64,000 nt of DNA from assembly GCA_947085505.1 (NCBI GenBank), contig CAMTWI010000002.1, positions 8,681 to 72,680 on the forward strand, read 5' to 3'. A program made the translations under genes and the position numbers. The stretch comes from an uncultured bacterium. GTDB lineage: Bacteria; Patescibacteriota; Minisyncoccia; Phycocordibacterales; Phycocordibacteraceae. This document shows positions 7,891 through 16,800 of this stretch, one piece after another. The number at the start of each line of letters is the position of its first letter. Positions within the stretch are counted from its first letter, which is position 1. The notes beneath the pieces are model-generated. The model worked only from the letters and a program-made list of their open reading frames with translations, had not been told where the DNA came from and ran no database searches.

Positions 7891-10800
7891 CTAGGGGGCA
7901 GGGACTGGTGCTGGTGGCTCAGGCTCAGGCGTTGTTTCAGGAGCAGGTTCAGGTGTTGGCTCTGGTTCAACAGGAGTCTCGCCTGGTGTTGGTTCTTCCG
8001 CGGCAGGTGTTGGCTCAGGTGCCAGTGTAGGTGCCGGAGCTACAGGATCAGGCTGTGTACGATCTATTACCTGGCACTCCCCTTCGCGAATTATCTGTGC
8101 ACCATTGCGGATAGAGAGACAGTACGGCTCTCCGGTAACTTCGTCATAGAACGTAATACCGGTTGGCTTCTCCCTGCTTCCAACCGTGAGGCGATCAACA
8201 ACTAGTTCAACGGCAGCAAGCATACCGTTACGAATGCTGAATTTGTTGAGGATCTCGGTGAACGCTGCGAAGTCTGGGAATGGTTGAGCCTCAGGACGCG
8301 CTGCAAGGATCGCAAGCTGTTCTTCGATAGAGGAGAGGCGCTCCATGATAAGGTCGGTGCGACGAAGCGATTCTTCTCCAGCACGAATGGCAAAGCTCGC
8401 CATCTTGTACAGGTCAGCCTTGCCACCTGTGTAGACTTCTTCAGACAAGGTCTCCGTTGTTTGTGCAAGGAACGATTCTGCGGTCACTGAGCCTGTCGAA
8501 AGGATACTCGCCGCAGTAAGGGCGTCACTGAGTGTTACTGCACCAGAAACAGTGAGCTTCCCGGCAACCGCAGCGTCACTCGACACTTTAAGAGAGTATG
8601 CTAGAGCATTCTCTGCTACTGGCGCAAGAGCGAGTGTACGGGTGTCGAGCTCCTTGATAGCGTTCACGGATGCAGCAAGGATGGCCGTGGTGCTGATCTG
8701 CTTGTAGCCGTTCGCTCCTTCGTTCATCGCCTCAGGGATGTTCGCGCCTACGTTCTGAGCGATGAATCCAGAGTACTGAATGCCGCCGTCAAAGTATGGG
8801 GTGCCCTCCTTCCAAATGTAGGTCTGAGGATTGATACCGCGAAGTCCACTGAGTCCTGTGGTGAAAGCGCCTTGGGTGTTCTTGAGGTTCTCGTCCGAGG
8901 TACAGCTCATGAGACCTGAACCGTTGGTCTGGACACCGGCACAGGAGACGAGGTTTGCGACTGAGATGTTACCATCAGCAGCAACGCGCATACGTTCCGC
9001 GTTGTTGGTTATGACAGACAAGTTGGTGTTGCTTACTGTACCAAAAGAACTCGTACTTCCACCGCTATACAGCGTTAAGTGTCTCGTTCCATTGGTGAGC
9101 AAGTCTATAACACCACCATTTGTGGCGTGATTAATCGCCAACGTTGTGTAGCCAGAATACGCAGCAGGACTTGCAGTGCCAATACCAACGTTACCCGAAG
9201 CACCCAAGAATATTGCGTCTGCATTACTTGTATTGCCGATACTTAGGCTACCACTGCCAGTTGTGATACCAATGTAACCGTTACCATTCGATGAGGCCTC
9301 GAGACGAAGTTTATTGGTGTCGTTGTAGTTAGCATAGATGCCCGCACTGCTTGCCGTACGCTTCACCTCAAGCGCACTGCCTGGATTCGTCGTGCCGATA
9401 CCGACGTTTCCAGAAGAAGGCGGCATGATAATGAGGTTGTTTGATGACGTAGTGAACAGTTTTGTTGCCTGTGTCTGATTATCAAGATTAGTAGAATCAA
9501 AATTGTTTCCAACAAAGAGCGGTCCGTTGTTAACTCTCTTCAGAGTCACATGATCCATTTGTGTTACGGCGTCACTTGACGCAGTGTAGTTCATGAGTAC
9601 GAGCACCCGAACATACTTCGTACCAACCGGGAAATTAGGAAAGCTTGTTCCTTCGCCATGGGTGGTTGCCGAGTACTTATGCCACTGACCGTCAGCAGGT
9701 AATGTCATCCCTGCCGCGGCAAAGTAACAGTACGTGCCGCACGGTGCCGAAGTAATAGCAACCTTGTTAGCATCGTAGGCGATGTACCCGAAATAAATGA
9801 TTCCAGGACTTGCGCCCGCAACACTCTTCTTAAACCATCCTTCGAGCTGTAGTACATCGGTCACAGGGTTAACCGGGATATAGTCAGCACTTTCTACCTG
9901 TGAGTAACCTGTTGTTTGTGATGTGTAGTTCCCTGAATACCCGCCCGTTGTAACCGTAGTTAGTCCGGTCCACCCAGTAGTGCTATTGGTTTCAAAGTCT
10001 CCGTTCACGAGCAGATTGTCATTCGTGATGTCGTGGTATCCATTGATGTTAATCGCAGTGTTTGTGTATACCGTACGGAACCGGTTATCTGCACTACCCA
10101 AGTCATACGTATTATTTGTCTCAGGTCCAACATTCCCGGCAACTTGGAGTTTAAATACTGCAGGGTTTGTGGTGCCAATACCAATCCTGCCATCAGCCAG
10201 CACTGTCAGATGCGGAACGAATGTGGTTGAGCCGTTAAGGCTACTGTCGCTTGCGCTACCGATCTGATATTTGCGACCAGGATCACCAGTAAAACCAAAC
10301 GATACAACGTGATGTGGGTAACTGTTAATAAGATAAGAACCTTCAATCACATCATTATGAAGAAAGCCCGTATAATTCAGCGCAGTTGCGGAACCTGAGC
10401 CGCGTACCTTCATAAAGCCGCCACTAGAACCGAGATCGAGCCTAGCCTTTGGTTCTGAAGTACCAATACCAACATTACCTGATGTATCAAAAGTCATACG
10501 TACCGTTCCATTTGAAGCGAGCTGCAGTGCTGTTGCGTTTGATGAACCTAGTAGCGAGGAATAGGCTAGACTTCCAGCGAATATCTGTCCCGCGCTTGAT
10601 CCTTCAACTCCCCACCAGAGAGACCCGGTGGTATTTGATATAGACGCGTAATTGAATCCTGTCGTTGAGCCGCCTATATCAAGCGAGCGCGTGGGTGTAG
10701 CTGCAGCATTCGCTATGGTTAGTTTGTGTGTGGGATTCGTAGTGCCGATACCGACGTTGCCGTTTGAGTTAAGAATCGTCATCCTATCTGAGAATGAGAT

Positions 10801-13800
10801 TGTATTTCCTGCGCTTCCAGCTACAGCAGTCCTGAATTTTATGTTTCCACCAGCAAAATCCATAGCTGCAGCCGTATCGTTCCTGTCGTACAGATAGCTA
10901 TCGCCTGTTGAGGTAAAGCGGATGCCGTCTCCAATCAGCGGGTATCCAGACCCTGAACTACCAAGAGTAGCCAAACCTATCCTAGCGCCTCCCCAGCCAG
11001 CGCTAGGGGCACTCACTTGAAGATTGTAGTTGGCAGTATCCGTGGTACCAATACTCACGTTGCCGTTAGAGGCAAACGTGGTCGATGTGGTTGTGCCACC
11101 AACCTTAATAGTTAAAGCGCCATTTCCACCAACAATCTGTGATTGCCAGCCTTGGTCAACGAAGTCGATTGTGTTGGTTGTACCGACGCTATTATACAGA
11201 CGCAACTTATCAGTAGAGTCGCTTTCGATGCGCAGACGATACGAGCCAGGATCAGCCGTACCAATACCGACATTACCTGCATTTGTTATCTTCAATCGAG
11301 TTGTAGGTAGGTAATTAACTCCAACTGTTAATCCAGTGTCGGTGAGCAATTCTATTGATCCATCCTGTTTTAATTGAATACCTGAAGCCGAAGCTTGTGA
11401 CGGCGTATAATAATGGCTTGTGGCATAGAATGCATTATTGTAAACATATGAGCCCACAGAACTTTCTACGCTTCCTAAATTCAGAGTTTGAGAGCCAGTA
11501 GCACCTCCTTGAAGAGCCATTTGCCTGTAGCCAGAATTTACTACTGAAAGTGATGTTGCGGGAGTCGTCGTACCAATACCGACGTTGCCGCTGGCGTTTA
11601 AGAGTAGTCCCGGATTACCTCCTACCGCTAATACAGCCCCAGCATGGCCCCTTAATACTGCATATTGCTCATTATTATCCGGAGCAAACAATAAAGCGCT
11701 TCCGCTACCAAGGTAAAGCGGAGTACTCGGATTGCCAAATGCTAGATAGCTAGCGGATGTCGAAAGCTTTATGTTTCCAGAAACCTCTAGCTTTTCCCCG
11801 GGACTCGCAGTACCAATACCGACGTTGCCTCCATTCGGATTAAGTGCCAGATTACCAACGGTCGTACCTCCAACCGTGAGGTTCTCAATTATTCCATATG
11901 TATCTCCGCTCGTGGCCCCATGGCGAAGACGAATTGCTGAACCCGCAGAACCTGCAGAATATGTATTCGTAGTTACATTCAAACCACCCAGAGACACGTC
12001 ACCGGTAACTTGCAATGGGACTGAAGGGTTTGTCGTACCAATACCAATATTCCCTGAGTTCGCTACATACAGTGCATTATTTACCCCACCCGTTGAGATA
12101 CTGAGGACTCCAGATGCGGGGCTCTCTATCCTTGAGAAGTTGCTGTTGTCAGCATTATAGAACCTGAACGAACCACCATTGAGTACGGAACCGTTGCCAG
12201 CAATACTAAATGTGGTGAGAGGGTTCGTCGTCCCAATACCAACAGTTCCTTCTCCACCAGAATTGAGGGTTATGGGAGCACCCTGAAGACGGAGCTCCGT
12301 GAATGAGGAAGCGCTACGGTTTATCGCTATTATCCGGCCAGCACCTGAGCCAGAAGGATCGTAAGCGACCTCTAAGCCCGTACCTGAAGACGGGATGGTG
12401 TAGTTGAGGAAACGTGCTGCGCCATTCACATCCAATCTCGTCTCAGGGGTGGTTGTACCAATACCAACGTTACCTGTTTCGGTAATACTCATACGCTCAA
12501 GAAGACTGCCCGACTGCGCCCGCGTACTGAAATGAAGTGTTCCGTCTTCTGAGCTAGCTCCTCGCTTAAATGCGATCTTAGCGGCGAGCTGTGACGGCGT
12601 ATACCCATTTACGAAACCAATGTAGTTCGTCTCTCCATATGCAGCACCATCCTTTCCGTAGAAGATAAGATTGTTATTGTTGAGGAAATTAGTATCACCG
12701 ATGTGTACATCACCTCCCATGACCGTAAGTCTCGCTGTTGGTGTTATTGTGCCAATACCGACGTTGCCACCAAAGTATGACTGTGCTGTTCCACCAGAAT
12801 AAATGGCCCAGGTATTCGAAGCAGCGTTCATTCCAATCTGAACACCCATGTTGTACGTTGCGTTACTGCCTCCAAAATAACCACCGACGCTATAGTCACC
12901 GGCACCAATTGCAGTTGCGTAGACACCGAAGTTGCTACTAGTAGCTCTATAGTTATTGAACCGTCCAGCGATTTGAGTGGAACCGTCATCAACCGTGAAC
13001 TTGTAGCCAGGATTCGTGTTACCAATACCGACGTTGCCACTATTGTCTACGACAAAAGCTTTATTCGTGAAGATAGACCCCCCTGCGACTGTTGACGGAG
13101 TAATTTCGAAAAGGTTTGCAGAACTCTGACCAATACGGAAGTTCACCCCACCTGAGTATCCAAGGAAGTCCATGTACGCCCCATTATTATTCGACGCGTC
13201 ACCGAGACGAATATTTCCACCCACAACATGGAGCCTTTCAGCAGGGGTTGTAGTACCAATACCGACATTACCACCACTCGGATTAAGGAGAAGAGATTTC
13301 ACACCCACACCTGCCTGGGAGGACTGGAGGTAACTTGCGTCTATAGCTGAATCATAGCCAACGAAGAGTGACTTAGTAGGTGTTGTTGCATTACTTACCA
13401 TAAGTCCTGCACCGACGTCACTTGAGTATGTAGCGTTGTGTGCAACCTGCAGTTTCGCATTCGGGGTGGTTGTACCAATACCGACGTTGCCTGCATTAGT
13501 AATTGTAAGACGGTTAGTACCTGCCGTTTGAAGATTTATACCGTACCCCTCATTGTTTAGGGTCGTAAATCCTGTTGATCCATCATAGAGCTGAAGAGTG
13601 CTAAATGAGGCTGAAGTACCGCCTCCCGCATACCCAAGACCAGAGCCAATTAATGACGTTGGTGAGATACCGATACTGCCCATAACATCGAGCTTGCTAG
13701 TTGGGGTGGTCGTACCAATACCGACGTTACCACCCAAGAAATTGAACCTCGTTGATACGAATTCGAGAGGGATGTTCTCACTTACCGCGTCATTGAATGC

Positions 13801-16800
13801 TTCGATGCGAGCTCCCGAAGTTGCATCAGATCTCAATGAAATATTTTGATCAGTATTAACACGAACCTGAAGCGCACCTGAGTATGCTACCGGCACTGCC
13901 CCGATACCAACCTGGCCATTAGTATTAACAAGAAGAACGCGCTGATTCGTGCTCGTCGCTATCTGGAATAGATTCTGTCCTGTTGTACCGTTCACAACCA
14001 AGTTGGCAGCTGGAGTGGTGGTACCAATTCCCACGTTACCCGTAGAGGTGATGATCATGCGCTCATTAGCTGCAGCGACACCTCCTGTAAAGAAACGGAG
14101 ATTTGCTGCTGCATTCACTGCTGCGAGATCAAGACCCCCAGAACTACTGCCCCAGACGTAATTCCTGTTTGCAACATCAGCACCGCCTGACCCAACATAG
14201 TTCGCTCCCGTAGCACCAAGCCAGGTGTTTCCCGCGCTTGTCTTTACCGAGTATTCTGCGTATGCTCCCGAGCCTGTATTTTCGTTTGTGAGCAATGCTT
14301 GAGCGATGCCGTTGTTATTCTTATCTATATGGAGGGCACCAAGCGGGGTGCTGGTACCAACACCAACGTTGCCGTTTGAAGAAAGGAACAGGTGCGGAGC
14401 GCTGTCATACAGTGAGAAGGCTACTCCACCTGCAGTACTTCCTCCCTGACGGAATCGAAGCACGTTTGAAACTCCTTCATAGAGAGCATCGTGTCGGAGA
14501 TCAAGTCCATAGAGCATATTCGAAGTACCGCCATAGAATGCATGAACGCCTCTCGTAATTACGTTACCAGCAACATCGAGAGTCGACTGTGGCGTAGAGG
14601 TACCAATACCGACATTATTTCCGAGCGGATTAAGTGCTAGCGGCCGTGAGCCAAAACTCTGTAACTGTGCAAAAGTGCTTTCCTGACTAAGCACAACTGA
14701 CGCACCAATGGGACTCGTGTACGCTCCTGAAACTTCCAGCGCTCCCCCACTTACATGAAGTTTGTTGTTAGGCGCTGTAATGCCAATACCGACGTTGCCA
14801 CTCGTATCAATCGTAAGACGAGTTGCACCTCCTGTCTCAAACGCAAGATTGTTGCTGTCGTTGGTACCAAGTACCGCTGTTGCACCAAAGGAGTTCCCTC
14901 CTTGGCGGAAGAAGGTATCGTCCAGTGTATTGAGATCTGCCAAAAGTGTATTGGCACTCCAGGAGAGTCCAGAGCCAGCCGTAATACGAGTAGAAGGAGT
15001 GTCGTAGAAGGTGTTCCAGTTGGTAGTGGAGGCCGTAAGGGGGATGGTGTAGCCAGCGGTGAGGCTGAAGGCGCCCGTACCAGAAGTGTACGTGAGACCC
15101 GTTGCACTTGAGGAGAAGAGACCGCGGGCGGTTGTAGCGAAGTCTGAGATGGTATTCGCGAGTTGGGTACCTGAATGGTTGTCGCGGCTCTGGTACCAGG
15201 TGCCTTCTTGGCCGTCGAAGGTGCCGGTCCACGCACCGGTGCGGTCTAGCGTGAGAGCGCCTGCGGTATTGAGGAGTCCTGAGCCAAGAAGTGAGGTGAA
15301 GGTGTTGCTGCCAAGGCCGAAGTTTGTGGTTGTTGCGTTGGTTGCGATAAGGTCGCCGAAGGTCTGCAGCGGACCCCACGTGTTTGCGGTTGTGGTACCA
15401 AACGCAAGAGAGATGGCGTTTGTGGAGCGTACGAGCGGATAGTCAAAAGTGAGGGGGTTTTCGTAATCGATACCGGCAGTTGCTGCAGAGAGAACACCGG
15501 AGGTTGCTTTAACTAATCCGTTTGAAAGACCAGAGAACGTGATGGTGCCAGCAGACGTTAGGGACGAAAGCGTACCAACGCTCGTAAGTGAAGACGCAAG
15601 GATGTTAGAGGCGAGTGTTACTCCGGTTAGGGTGCCCGCAGGAGCGATAACCGGTACGGTGCCGGCTGCCGTAACAAGACCCTTGCCGTTAACGGTGAAC
15701 GTTGGAATGGCTGTCGAGGAACCGAACGAGCCGGTGTTTGCGTTAACGGTTGCAAGTGTTGCGGAAGCAGAACCAGGACCTGAGGCGGTTATGTCTCCGG
15801 TGAGGGCGGTTATGTAATTCCCTGCTGCTTGGTAGTCGGTACCGGCAACCGCTGACGTAACAACACCTGCCGTTGCCTTCAGAAGTCCGGTGAGTGAGGC
15901 AACGCGGGTCTCTCCTGAGATGTAGAGGTTGGTGGTTGTTGCGTTGGTTGCAACAAGGTCGCCGAAGGTTTGGAGCGGACCCCACGTGTTTGCGGTTGTG
16001 GTACCGAAGGCTAGAGAGAGGACGTTGGACGAGAACTGGAGCGGATACGATACGGACGCTATGCGCGAGGTGTACGCAGTATTCCATTCAGTTGTTGAAG
16101 CCGTTAACGGGATGGTGTATCCAGCAGTAAGGCTGAGAGCGCCGGTGCCTGAGGTGTATGTGAGCCCGGTTGCGGAACTAGAGAAGAGACCGCGAGCGCT
16201 TGCAGCGAAGTCTGAGATGGTTGAGGCGAGCTGGGTGCCGGTGTGGTTTGCGCGGGCGAGGTAGTATGTGCCTTCCTGTCCGTCGAACAAGCCTGTCCAG
16301 TTGCCGGTTACGTCTTGGACATAGTCGGTCCCCGCAAGCGCAGCAACAATAGTCCCTGCTGCGTTTGTTTTGAGGAGCGAGGACGCAATGCTTGAGATTG
16401 CGAAGTTTGTGGTTGTTGCGTTGCTGGCAGTTAGGTTCGCGAAGATGCTCGTTCCGGTGAAGGTTGGTGATGCATTGAATACCAGCGAACCAGTGCCAGT
16501 CTCGTCCGTAACAATGGCTGCGAGCTCGCTTGAAGTATCTATAGATGCATTCGTGAGATAGCCGGCTGATGCATGGTTGCCCCAATCAAAGGCGGTGTTC
16601 CAGTTTGTTGTTGAGGCCGTTAACGGGATGGTGTAGCCAGCAGTAAGGCTGAGGGCGCCGGTGCCTGAGGTGTATGTGAGGCCGGTTGCGGAACTTGAGA
16701 AGAGGCCGCGAGCTGTTGTGGTGAAGTCTGAAATGGTTGAAGCAAGTTGTGTGCCGGTGTGGTTTGCGCGGGCGAGGTATGCAGATCCTTCGATGCCGTC

